From contig OZ024741.1 of the NCBI GenBank assembly GCA_964016885.1, forward strand, positions 359,476,001-359,540,000: a stretch of DNA of 64,000 nt. Direction: 5' to 3'. How positions within the stretch are numbered: position 1 is the first letter of the stretch; each line of letters begins with the position of its first letter. The translations under genes and the position numbers were made by a program. Below, one piece after another: positions 39,899-50,255 of the stretch. A model generated the notes under the pieces. That model ran no database searches. It was given only the letters and a program-made list of their open reading frames with translations, and was not told the origin of the DNA. The stretch comes from Eledone cirrhosa (taxonomy: Eukaryota).

Positions 39899-41641
39899 TT
39901 AGGGAGAAGTGTTTAGACGGGGTCCGTATTTGTTAATGAAGTAAGATTCCTTGCTGATGCGCTGGGTGTGGGTGGCATTATCTTTAAATTTGTAGAGGGG
40001 AAAGATTCTGAAGTTGGGATGATTTTGGGCGGCGCAGGTATCAATGTGTTCACTCAGTGGTATTTTCCTGTATTCCCGTATTTTAATTTGGGATCTATGG
40101 ACAGTCATGCGTTGGCGGAGGCTGTTTTTGGTCTGGCCTATGTATTGTTCTCGACAACCTGAACAAGTTAATACATATATTAAATTTTCCGATGCACATG
40201 TGAAATTGTGTTTTACTATAAAACGTTGTCCATCTTTGAAATAGAATTCCGAACCCTCTATTAGGTTGATGCAAATGCCACAGTTGGGTCTATCGCATTT
40301 TTTTACTGTGGGTTTCGTTGTTGTGGTTGGCAGTACTTTGGCATGTGTTAAGATGTTTTTCATTGACTTGGATTGTCTTTTGCTTTTTATGATATCGTGT
40401 GTTCGTAGAATTTGGTTCATTCTATGGTCCTTTTTCAATACAGGGATGTTCTGGAGGATGGTGTCAAAGGCCTCGTTGTTGAGGGGGTTGTGTGTGGAGA
40501 TGTATGGAAGAGCTTTTAGTTTTGGTTGATTTACTTTAGGGTGTCTAAGGTCCTGGGTACTGAGTTTTAGGGCACGTTGGATTCCATTGTCAATTAGTGA
40601 TGCAGGGTAGTCCCTGCCTATGAGTGTGTCCTTTAGTTCTTGTAGCCGTAAGTAGCAGATGTTTTTATTGGAGACTATAGTACAGATTCTCTTGGCTAAG
40701 TTGTAGGGAATATTAATTTTAACGTGTCTAGGGTGGCAAGAGTTGAAGGGGAGGTATTGCTTGGAGTCTGTGGGCTTGTAGTATATGTCTGTTTCTATTT
40801 TTTTGTTATGGATCTTAATGAGGATGTCGAGGAAGGGGAGTTGTTGATGGCTGTATTCCATTGTGAAGTTAATATTTGTGTTGAGCCCATTTATAAGGGT
40901 GTGAAATTCTTTAAGTTTTTCGATGTTTTCGTGCCAAAGGATGAAGCAGTCATCAAGATATCGCTTCCAGTTCCTTTCAATGTGTAAGTGGAGGGTGTTT
41001 CCAAATTTGTTTAGGACTTTAGTGTAGAGGGTGATTTCCAGGTATCCCATGACTAGGTTGGCATACGTAGGGGCTGTTTTCGTTCCCATAGCGGTCCCAG
41101 ATTTCTGCCTGTAGGGTTTGTTATTGAAAACGAAGTAATTGTTCTCCAAGATAAATTTGAGTCCCTCTATCACGAATTCTTTTTTGATGCGTTGTGGGAG
41201 TTCATTGTGGAAGTTATCCAGCCAGAATTGGATAGCTTCTATTCCTAGGTTGTGGGGGATGTTGGAGTATAGGTTGACTACATCGAACGTCACTAGTAGG
41301 GTTTGTTCAGAAAGTGGCATATTAGGGAGGTGATTGAGCATATCTAGGTCGTCCCTTATATAGCTTTTGATGTGCTTGAGGAAGGGTTTGAGAAGGGTAT
41401 CAATGAAGTTGCTAAGACGGTGCGTTTCGCAAGCGGGGCCTGCTATTATAGGTCTTAATTTGAGATCATTGAAAGGAACTGGAAGCGATATCTTGATGAC
41501 TGCTTCATCCTTTGGCACGAAAACATCGAAAAACTTAAAGAATTTCACACCCTTATAAATGGGCTCAACACAAATATTAACTTCACAATGGAATACAGCC
41601 ATCAACAACTCCCCTTCCTCGACATCCTCATTAAGATCCAT
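39899..41641 (-). CDS. Penelope-like RT + GIY-YIG ORF, uninterrupted; native part starts at DLKLRPII (41467), N-terminus supplied by the antisense of the inverted copy
   Basis: RPIIAGP, FDVVNLY, GTAMG, YLDD, PFLD, YYKPT, SCHP; linker CDRPNCGIC; NLIYVLTCSGCREQYIGQT...R...H, E, LN. First in-frame ATG at 41641. Confidence 0.85.
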   Translation of the reverse strand: MDLNEDVEEGELLMAVFHCEVNICVEPIYKGVKFFKFFDVFVPKDEAVIKISLPVPFNDLKLRPIIAGPACETHRLSNFIDTLLKPFLKHIKSYIRDDLDMLNHLPNMPLSEQTLLVTFDVVNLYSNIPHNLGIEAIQFWLDNFHNELPQRIKKEFVIEGLKFILENNYFVFNNKPYRQKSGTAMGTKTAPTYANLVMGYLEITLYTKVLNKFGNTLHLHIERNWKRYLDDCFILWHENIEKLKEFHTLINGLNTNINFTMEYSHQQLPFLDILIKIHNKKIETDIYYKPTDSKQYLPFNSCHPRHVKINIPYNLAKRICTIVSNKNICYLRLQELKDTLIGRDYPASLIDNGIQRALKLSTQDLRHPKVNQPKLKALPYISTHNPLNNEAFDTILQNIPVLKKDHRMNQILRTHDIIKSKRQSKSMKNILTHAKVLPTTTTKPTVKKCDRPNCGICINLIEGSEFYFKDGQRFIVKHNFTCASENLIYVLTCSGCREQYIGQTKNSLRQRMTVHRSQIKIREYRKIPLSEHIDTCAAQNHPNFRIFPLYKFKDNATHTQRISKESYFINKYGPRLNTSP

Positions 41642-42550
41642 AACAAAAAAATAGAAACAGACATATACTACAAGCCCACAGACTCCAAGCAATACCTCCC
41701 CTTCAACTCTTGCCACCCTAGACACGTTAAAATTAATATTCCCTACAACTTAGCCAAGAGAATCTGTACTATAGTCTCCAATAAAAACATCTGCTACTTA
41801 CGGCTACAAGAACTAAAGGACACACTCATAGGCAGGGACTACCCTGCATCACTAATTGACAATGGAATCCAACGTGCCCTAAAACTCAGTACCCAGGACC
41901 TTAGACACCCTAAAGTAAATCAACCAAAACTAAAAGCTCTTCCATACATCTCCACACACAACCCCCTCAACAACGAGGCCTTTGACACCATCCTCCAGAA
42001 CATCCCTGTATTGAAAAAGGACCATAGAATGAACCAAATTCTACGAACACACGATATCATAAAAAGCAAAAGACAATCCAAGTCAATGAAAAACATCTTA
42101 ACACATGCCAAAGTACTGCCAACCACAACAACGAAACCCACAGTAAAAAAATGCGATAGACCCAACTGTGGCATTTGCATCAACCTAATAGAGGGTTCGG
42201 AATTCTATTTCAAAGATGGACAACGTTTTATAGTAAAACACAATTTCACATGTGCATCGGAAAATTTAATATATGTATTAACTTGTTCAGGTTGTCGAGA
42301 ACAATACATAGGCCAGACCAAAAACAGCCTCCGCCAACGCATGACTGTCCATAGATCCCAAATTAAAATACGGGAATACAGGAAAATACCACTGAGTGAA
42401 CACATTGATACCTGCGCCGCCCAAAATCATCCCAACTTCAGAATCTTTCCCCTCTACAAATTTAAAGATAATGCCACCCACACCCAGCGCATCAGCAAGG
42501 AATCTTACTTCATTAACAAATACGGACCCCGTCTAAACACTTCTCCCTAA
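41588..42550 (+). CDS. Penelope thumb/linker + GIY-YIG endonuclease ORF, 320 aa (unit 1)
   Basis: ATG-initiated internal ORF, identical to the C-terminal part of the minus-strand ORF. Confidence 0.7.
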   Translation: MEYSHQQLPFLDILIKIHNKKIETDIYYKPTDSKQYLPFNSCHPRHVKINIPYNLAKRICTIVSNKNICYLRLQELKDTLIGRDYPASLIDNGIQRALKLSTQDLRHPKVNQPKLKALPYISTHNPLNNEAFDTILQNIPVLKKDHRMNQILRTHDIIKSKRQSKSMKNILTHAKVLPTTTTKPTVKKCDRPNCGICINLIEGSEFYFKDGQRFIVKHNFTCASENLIYVLTCSGCREQYIGQTKNSLRQRMTVHRSQIKIREYRKIPLSEHIDTCAAQNHPNFRIFPLYKFKDNATHTQRISKESYFINKYGPRLNTSP

Positions 42551-43077
42551 GACGAACCCACAACATACACACGTCAACATACATACCTACATCAGCACAC
42601 ATCTCTACCCACATATAAACACAATGACACACGTAAACACACATGCTCTATGGTGCAATACAAAAAAATATATGTGCATATATATGTATGTATATATGTA
42701 TATATATGTATATATGTATGTAGTGAAAATATATATATATATATGTGTGTGTGTGTGGGTGTGTATATGTGTGTATATAGTGAATATCATTTCACACCCT
42801 TTATTGTTAAGATTGTTGATGTTCTATTAAGAGAACCGATTTTACTGAAAAAATCGAATAATGTACACCATTTTACCAGGGGGGGAAAAAAATACTGGTC
42901 CACCCACACACGCACACACACACACACACACATATATACACAGACACATACACACGCGTACATCAACATACAAAGAGACTTATACACACACACACACACA
43001 CACACACGCACTTCTCCGTATAAGACAAAAGCTGAAAAATATCTTTTGACCTTCGAATGACTCTGCTGTGTGTATGT

Positions 43078-43113
<36 letters not shown>

Positions 43114-43182
43114 ATCTTAATAGCCATTTGACACACATCGCTGGTGGCTATTGTCGCAGCATCGAATACCTTACTACTACTA

Positions 43183-43246
<64 letters not shown>

Positions 43247-43271
43247 CTGTTGTGAAAGAGTCATTTCTCAA

Positions 43272-43506
43272 TCTTGGCGCAAAACCAATTTTTTATCCAC
43301 ATGACCTCTACCGACCAATCAAAATTGTTTTGACCATAATCTTTGCTGGAGCCACTTTTCTAACATTTTAACATAAAAACAGTCTTGGCGCAAAATCAAC
43401 TTTTTACATTCACATGACCTCTACCGACCAATCAAAATTGTTTTGACCACAAGCATTTTTACAACACAAAAATAACGCTGGAGCCATTTTTTTAACATAA
43501 AAACAG
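43272..43506 (+). repeat. Two ~111-124 bp direct repeats in the Penelope 3'UTR (present in every copy)
   Basis: TCTTGGCGCAAAA...CACATGACCTCTACCGACCAATCAAAATTGTTTTGACCA...TTTTAACATAAAAACAG occurs twice. Confidence 0.85.
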
Positions 43507-43761
43507 GTAGAATTCCCAAAACTAATCAGATCAGAGCAAACAGCACGGACACTCTATCTCAAAATTATTTTTGAAAAGCATTTAGAAATGCGCAACCGGT
43601 AAAAACTTAAAAACTTAAAACCACAACTGAATACTAACCCATACAATCACTAATACTCTTTTATTCCTAATTAAACCATTTTTCAACTGTGAACAATTTG
43701 TCAGCATTTTCTATTCCGTTTACCAATATATAATAACTTGTGTGTTACACCTCTATTCTTT

Positions 43762-43812
<51 letters not shown>

Positions 43813-43877
43813 TATTACATCAATAATATATTATACAAATACACATGTTTCACTAGGAGAATCTAGATATTGAAATG

Positions 43878-43935
43878 TTTGAACTGATGAACTAAGAGGG
43901 TCTATTTAGATCCTTGTGAAACATGTGTATTCAGA
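43878..43935 (+). ncRNA. Type I hammerhead ribozyme (unit 1)
   Basis: TTTGAA-CTGATGA-AC...GGGTCTA TT TAGATCC...GT-GAAAC-ATGT-GTA-TTCAGA. Helix I is 6 bp; helix III region is palindromic (ACATGT); predicted cleavage after 43929. Confidence 0.82.
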
Positions 43936-44032
43936 TAATGTATAGTTGATGTAATAAAATATTTTATATAACACAACTTTACCTACTTGGATATTTATTA
44001 TGAAATTCAACTACACTACATATGTATATATA

Positions 44033-44242
44033 CAAGGGAGTGCTGAAATGTTCCTGGCTTTGGGTAAAATAAAATACAGGAGGATTAGTTAATTATGATT
44101 TTATTCAACATATTTCCCTCTCAGATTCAAACACTTATTGCAACAGTTTTTCTAAGCCCTGTAAAAAGAACTCGGAAGGTTGGGCTTCCAAATATCCTTT
44201 CGCAATACCCTTAAAGCCAGGAACTTTTCAGCACCCACCTCG
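44033..44242. mobile_element. Tc1/mariner-type MITE (~210 bp) flanked by TA; further copies at 47907-48116, 51740-51983, 55638-55847 and 59521-59730
   Basis: TIRs CAAGGGAGTGCTGAAATGTTCCTGGCTTT and AAAGCCAGGAACTTTTCAGCACCCACCTCG. Confidence 0.8.
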
Positions 44243-44316
44243 TATATTTATATATATATATCACACACATACACTCAATGATTATTCAGTTTTGACTGGG
44301 AAGAAAGACAATAATC

Positions 44317-45594
44317 TCACAATTTCATGGTGTCAAAGGCCTCGTTGTTGAGGGGGTTGTGTGTGGAGATGTATGGAAGAGCTTTTAGTTTTGGTTGATT
44401 TACTTTAGGGTGTCTAAGGTCCTGGGTACTGAGTTTTAGGGCACGTTGGATTCCATTGTCAATTAGTGATGCAGGGTAGTCCCTGCCTATGAGTGTGTCC
44501 TTTAGTTCTTGTAGCCGTAAGTAGCAGATGTTTTTATTGGAGACTATAGTACAGATTCTCTTGGCTAAGTTGTAGGGAATATTAATTTTAACGTGTCTAG
44601 GGTGGCAAGAGTTGAAGGGGAGGTATTGCTTGGAGTCTGTGGGCTTGTAGTATATGTCTGTTTCTATTTTTTTGTTATGGATCTTAATGAGGATGTCGAG
44701 GAAGGGGAGTTGTTGATGGCTGTATTCCATTGTGAAGTTAATATTTGTGTTGAGCCCATTTATAAGGGTGTGAAATTCTTTAAGTTTTTCGATGTTTTCG
44801 TGCCAAAGGATGAAGCAGTCATCAAGATATCGCTTCCAGTTCCTTTCAATGTGTAAGTGGAGGGTGTTTCCAAATTTGTTTAGGACTTTAGTGTAGAGGG
44901 TGATTTCCAGGTATCCCATGACTAGGTTGGCATACGTAGGGGCTGTTTTCGTTCCCATAGCGGTCCCAGATTTCTGCCTGTAGGGTTTGTTATTGAAAAC
45001 GAAGTAATTGTTCTCCAAGATAAATTTGAGTCCCTCTATCACGAATTCTTTTTTGATGCGTTGTGGGAGTTCATTGTGGAAGTTATCCAGCCAGAATTGG
45101 ATAGCTTCTATTCCTAGGTTGTGGGGGATGTTGGAGTATAGGTTGACTACATCGAACGTCACTAGTAGGGTTTGTTCAGAAAGTGGCATATTAGGGAGGT
45201 GATTGAGCATATCTAGGTCGTCCCTTATATAGCTTTTGATGTGCTTGAGGAAGGGTTTGAGAAGGGTATCAATGAAGTTGCTAAGACGGTGCGTTTCGCA
45301 AGCGGGGCCTGCTATTATAGGTCTTAATTTGAGATCATTGAAAGGAACTGGAAGCGATATCTTGATGACTGCTTCATCCTTTGGCACGAAAACATCGAAA
45401 AACTTAAAGAATTTCACACCCTTATAAATGGGCTCAACACAAATATTAACTTCACAATGGAATACAGCCATCAACAACTCCCCTTCCTCGACATCCTCAT
45501 TAAGATCCATAACAAAAAAATAGAAACAGACATATACTACAAGCCCACAGACTCCAAGCAATACCTCCCCTTCAACTCTTGCCACCCTAGACAC
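44317..45594 (-). CDS. Chimeric Penelope RT-only ORF, 425 aa, lacking the endonuclease (unit 2)
   Basis: RT motifs from RPII through YLDD to SCHP are intact; truncated at NNEAFDT by the array junction. Confidence 0.6.
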   Translation of the reverse strand: MSRVARVEGEVLLGVCGLVVYVCFYFFVMDLNEDVEEGELLMAVFHCEVNICVEPIYKGVKFFKFFDVFVPKDEAVIKISLPVPFNDLKLRPIIAGPACETHRLSNFIDTLLKPFLKHIKSYIRDDLDMLNHLPNMPLSEQTLLVTFDVVNLYSNIPHNLGIEAIQFWLDNFHNELPQRIKKEFVIEGLKFILENNYFVFNNKPYRQKSGTAMGTKTAPTYANLVMGYLEITLYTKVLNKFGNTLHLHIERNWKRYLDDCFILWHENIEKLKEFHTLINGLNTNINFTMEYSHQQLPFLDILIKIHNKKIETDIYYKPTDSKQYLPFNSCHPRHVKINIPYNLAKRICTIVSNKNICYLRLQELKDTLIGRDYPASLIDNGIQRALKLSTQDLRHPKVNQPKLKALPYISTHNPLNNEAFDTMKL

Positions 45595-46419
45595 GTTAAA
45601 ATTAATATTCCCTACAACTTAGCCAAGAGAATCTGTACTATAGTCTCCAATAAAAACATCTGCTACTTACGGCTACAAGAACTAAAGGACACACTCATAG
45701 GCAGGGACTACCCTGCATCACTAATTGACAATGGAATCCAACGTGCCCTAAAACTCAGTACCCAGGACCTTAGACACCCTAAAGTAAATCAACCAAAACT
45801 AAAAGCTCTTCCATACATCTCCACACACAACCCCCTCAACAACGAGGCCTTTGACACCATCCTCCAGAACATCCCTGTATTGAAAAAGGACCATAGAATG
45901 AACCAAATTCTACGAACACACGATATCATAAAAAGCAAAAGACAATCCAAGTCAATGAAAAACATCTTAACACATGCCAAAGTACTGCCAACCACAACAA
46001 CGAAACCCACAGTAAAAAAATGCGATAGACCCAACTGTGGCATTTGCATCAACCTAATAGAGGGTTCGGAATTCTATTTCAAAGATGGACAACGTTTTAT
46101 AGTAAAACACAATTTCACATGTGCATCGGAAAATTTAATATATGTATTAACTTGTTCAGGTTGTCGAGAACAATACATAGGCCAGACCAAAAACAGCCTC
46201 CGCCAACGCATGACTGTCCATAGATCCCAAATTAAAATACGGGAATACAGGAAAATACCACTGAGTGAACACATTGATACCTGCGCCGCCCAAAATCATC
46301 CCAACTTCAGAATCTTTCCCCTCTACAAATTTAAAGATAATGCCACCCACACCCAGCGCATCAGCAAGGAATCTTACTTCATTAACAAATACGGACCCCG
46401 TCTAAACACTTCTCCCTAA
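45457..46419 (+). CDS. Penelope thumb + GIY-YIG ORF (unit 2)
   Basis: Translation identical to 41588-42550. Confidence 0.7.
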   Translation: MEYSHQQLPFLDILIKIHNKKIETDIYYKPTDSKQYLPFNSCHPRHVKINIPYNLAKRICTIVSNKNICYLRLQELKDTLIGRDYPASLIDNGIQRALKLSTQDLRHPKVNQPKLKALPYISTHNPLNNEAFDTILQNIPVLKKDHRMNQILRTHDIIKSKRQSKSMKNILTHAKVLPTTTTKPTVKKCDRPNCGICINLIEGSEFYFKDGQRFIVKHNFTCASENLIYVLTCSGCREQYIGQTKNSLRQRMTVHRSQIKIREYRKIPLSEHIDTCAAQNHPNFRIFPLYKFKDNATHTQRISKESYFINKYGPRLNTSP

Positions 46420-46946
46420 GACGAACCCACAACATACACACGTCAACATACATACCTACATCAGCACACATCTCTACCCACATATAAACACAATGACACA
46501 CGTAAACACACATGCTCTATGGTGCAATACAAAAAAATATATGTGCATATATATGTATGTATATATGTATATATATGTATATATGTATGTAGTGAAAATA
46601 TATATATATATATGTGTGTGTGTGTGGGTGTGTATATGTGTGTATATAGTGAATATCATTTCACACCCTTTATTGTTAAGATTGTTGATGTTCTATTAAG
46701 AGAACCGATTTTACTGAAAAAATCGAATAATGTACACCATTTTACCAGGGGGGGAAAAAAATACTGGTCCACCCACACACGCACACACACACACACACAC
46801 ATATATACACAGACACATACACACGCGTACATCAACATACAAAGAGACTTATACACACACACACACACACACACACGCACTTCTCCGTATAAGACAAAAG
46901 CTGAAAAATATCTTTTGACCTTCGAATGACTCTGCTGTGTGTATGT

Positions 46947-46984
<38 letters not shown>

Positions 46985-47053
46985 ATCTTAATAGCCATTT
47001 GACACACATCGCTGGTGGCTATTGTCGCAGCATCGAATACCTTACTACTACTA

Positions 47054-47115
<62 letters not shown>

Positions 47116-47630
47116 CTGTTGTGAAAGAGTCATTTCTCAATCTTGGCGCAAAACCAATTTTTTATCCACATGACCTCTACCGACCAATCAAAATTGTTTT
47201 GACCATAATCTTTGCTGGAGCCACTTTTCTAACATTTTAACATAAAAACAGTCTTGGCGCAAAATCAACTTTTTACATTCACATGACCTCTACCGACCAA
47301 TCAAAATTGTTTTGACCACAAGCATTTTTACAACACAAAAATAACGCTGGAGCCATTTTTTTAACATAAAAACAGGTAGAATTCCCAAAACTAATCAGAT
47401 CAGAGCAAACAGCACGGACACTCTATCTCAAAATTATTTTTGAAAAGCATTTAGAAATGCGCAACCGGTAAAAACTTAAAAACTTAAAACCACAACTGAA
47501 TACTAACCCATACAATCACTAATACTCTTTTATTCCTAATTAAACCATTTTTCAACTGTGAACAATTTGTCAGCATTTTCTATTCCGTTTACCAATATAT
47601 AATAACTTGTGTGTTACACCTCTATTCTTT

Positions 47631-47687
<57 letters not shown>

Positions 47688-47751
47688 ATTACATCAATAA
47701 TATATTATACAAATACACATGTTTCACTAGGAGAATCTAGATATTGAAATG

Positions 47752-47809
47752 TTTGAACTGATGAACTAAGAGGGTCTATTTAGATCCTTGTGAAACATGT
47801 GTATTCAGA
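47752..47809 (+). ncRNA. Type I hammerhead ribozyme (unit 2)
   Basis: Identical to 43878-43935. Confidence 0.82.
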
Positions 47810-48155
47810 TAATGTATAGTTGATGTAATAAAATATTTTATATAACACAACTTTACCTACTTGGATATTTATTATGAAATTCAACTACACTACATATGTA
47901 TATATACAAGGGAGTGCTGAAATGTTCCTGGCTTTGGGTAAAATAAAATACAGGAGGATTAGTTAATTATGATTTTATTCAACATATTTCCCTCTCAGAT
48001 TCAAACACTTATTGCAACAGTTTTTCTAAGCCCTGTAAAAAGAACTCGGAAGGTTGGGCTTCCAAATATCCTTTCGCAATACCCTTAAAGCCAGGAACTT
48101 TTCAGCACCCACCTCGTATATTTATATATATATATCACACACATACACTCAATGA

Positions 48156-49430
48156 TTATTCAGTTTTGACTGGGGCCTCGTTGTTGAGGGGGTTGTGTGT
48201 GGAGATGTATGGAAGAGCTTTTAGTTTTGGTTGATTTACTTTAGGGTGTCTAAGGTCCTGGGTACTGAGTTTTAGGGCACGTTGGATTCCATTGTCAATT
48301 AGTGATGCAGGGTAGTCCCTGCCTATGAGTGTGTCCTTTAGTTCTTGTAGCCGTAAGTAGCAGATGTTTTTATTGGAGACTATAGTACAGATTCTCTTGG
48401 CTAAGTTGTAGGGAATATTAATTTTAACGTGTCTAGGGTGGCAAGAGTTGAAGGGGAGGTATTGCTTGGAGTCTGTGGGCTTGTAGTATATGTCTGTTTC
48501 TATTTTTTTGTTATGGATCTTAATGAGGATGTCGAGGAAGGGGAGTTGTTGATGGCTGTATTCCATTGTGAAGTTAATATTTGTGTTGAGCCCATTTATA
48601 AGGGTGTGAAATTCTTTAAGTTTTTCGATGTTTTCGTGCCAAAGGATGAAGCAGTCATCAAGATATCGCTTCCAGTTCCTTTCAATGTGTAAGTGGAGGG
48701 TGTTTCCAAATTTGTTTAGGACTTTAGTGTAGAGGGTGATTTCCAGGTATCCCATGACTAGGTTGGCATACGTAGGGGCTGTTTTCGTTCCCATAGCGGT
48801 CCCAGATTTCTGCCTGTAGGGTTTGTTATTGAAAACGAAGTAATTGTTCTCCAAGATAAATTTGAGTCCCTCTATCACGAATTCTTTTTTGATGCGTTGT
48901 GGGAGTTCATTGTGGAAGTTATCCAGCCAGAATTGGATAGCTTCTATTCCTAGGTTGTGGGGGATGTTGGAGTATAGGTTGACTACATCGAACGTCACTA
49001 GTAGGGTTTGTTCAGAAAGTGGCATATTAGGGAGGTGATTGAGCATATCTAGGTCGTCCCTTATATAGCTTTTGATGTGCTTGAGGAAGGGTTTGAGAAG
49101 GGTATCAATGAAGTTGCTAAGACGGTGCGTTTCGCAAGCGGGGCCTGCTATTATAGGTCTTAATTTGAGATCATTGAAAGGAACTGGAAGCGATATCTTG
49201 ATGACTGCTTCATCCTTTGGCACGAAAACATCGAAAAACTTAAAGAATTTCACACCCTTATAAATGGGCTCAACACAAATATTAACTTCACAATGGAATA
49301 CAGCCATCAACAACTCCCCTTCCTCGACATCCTCATTAAGATCCATAACAAAAAAATAGAAACAGACATATACTACAAGCCCACAGACTCCAAGCAATAC
49401 CTCCCCTTCAACTCTTGCCACCCTAGACAC
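48156..49430 (-). CDS. Chimeric Penelope RT-only ORF, 424 aa (unit 3; junction-deletion variant)
   Basis: As unit 2 but ends NNEAPVKTE because of a ~38-bp junction deletion. Confidence 0.6.
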   Translation of the reverse strand: MSRVARVEGEVLLGVCGLVVYVCFYFFVMDLNEDVEEGELLMAVFHCEVNICVEPIYKGVKFFKFFDVFVPKDEAVIKISLPVPFNDLKLRPIIAGPACETHRLSNFIDTLLKPFLKHIKSYIRDDLDMLNHLPNMPLSEQTLLVTFDVVNLYSNIPHNLGIEAIQFWLDNFHNELPQRIKKEFVIEGLKFILENNYFVFNNKPYRQKSGTAMGTKTAPTYANLVMGYLEITLYTKVLNKFGNTLHLHIERNWKRYLDDCFILWHENIEKLKEFHTLINGLNTNINFTMEYSHQQLPFLDILIKIHNKKIETDIYYKPTDSKQYLPFNSCHPRHVKINIPYNLAKRICTIVSNKNICYLRLQELKDTLIGRDYPASLIDNGIQRALKLSTQDLRHPKVNQPKLKALPYISTHNPLNNEAPVKTE

Positions 49431-50255
49431 GTTAAAATTAATATTCCCTACAACTTAGCCAAGAGAATCTGTACTATAGTCTCCAATAAAAACATCTGCT
49501 ACTTACGGCTACAAGAACTAAAGGACACACTCATAGGCAGGGACTACCCTGCATCACTAATTGACAATGGAATCCAACGTGCCCTAAAACTCAGTACCCA
49601 GGACCTTAGACACCCTAAAGTAAATCAACCAAAACTAAAAGCTCTTCCATACATCTCCACACACAACCCCCTCAACAACGAGGCCTTTGACACCATCCTC
49701 CAGAACATCCCTGTATTGAAAAAGGACCATAGAATGAACCAAATTCTACGAACACACGATATCATAAAAAGCAAAAGACAATCCAAGTCAATGAAAAACA
49801 TCTTAACACATGCCAAAGTACTGCCAACCACAACAACGAAACCCACAGTAAAAAAATGCGATAGACCCAACTGTGGCATTTGCATCAACCTAATAGAGGG
49901 TTCGGAATTCTATTTCAAAGATGGACAACGTTTTATAGTAAAACACAATTTCACATGTGCATCGGAAAATTTAATATATGTATTAACTTGTTCAGGTTGT
50001 CGAGAACAATACATAGGCCAGACCAAAAACAGCCTCCGCCAACGCATGACTGTCCATAGATCCCAAATTAAAATACGGGAATACAGGAAAATACCACTGA
50101 GTGAACACATTGATACCTGCGCCGCCCAAAATCATCCCAACTTCAGAATCTTTCCCCTCTACAAATTTAAAGATAATGCCACCCACACCCAGCGCATCAG
50201 CAAGGAATCTTACTTCATTAACAAATACGGACCCCGTCTAAACACTTCTCCCTAA
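49293..50255 (+). CDS. Penelope thumb + GIY-YIG ORF (unit 3)
   Basis: Identical translation. Confidence 0.7.
   Translation: MEYSHQQLPFLDILIKIHNKKIETDIYYKPTDSKQYLPFNSCHPRHVKINIPYNLAKRICTIVSNKNICYLRLQELKDTLIGRDYPASLIDNGIQRALKLSTQDLRHPKVNQPKLKALPYISTHNPLNNEAFDTILQNIPVLKKDHRMNQILRTHDIIKSKRQSKSMKNILTHAKVLPTTTTKPTVKKCDRPNCGICINLIEGSEFYFKDGQRFIVKHNFTCASENLIYVLTCSGCREQYIGQTKNSLRQRMTVHRSQIKIREYRKIPLSEHIDTCAAQNHPNFRIFPLYKFKDNATHTQRISKESYFINKYGPRLNTSP

Larger units (their letters stand above)
38714..43725. mobile_element. Head-to-head Penelope-like insertion: minus copy 38714-41467 and plus copy 41467-43725, both 5'-truncated, in a (TA)n site
   Basis: Arms 38714-40982 and 41467-43725 are reverse complements (ORF stops mirror at 39899 and 42550) around a 484-bp spacer. 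Both end ...TTCCGTTTACCA-ATATATA. Confidence 0.95.

Noticed and set aside
39899-42550. Selenoprotein-type (in-frame UGA) Penelope ORF
   Set aside because: The visible ORF has no in-frame TGA, and I could not identify a SECIS element by eye.
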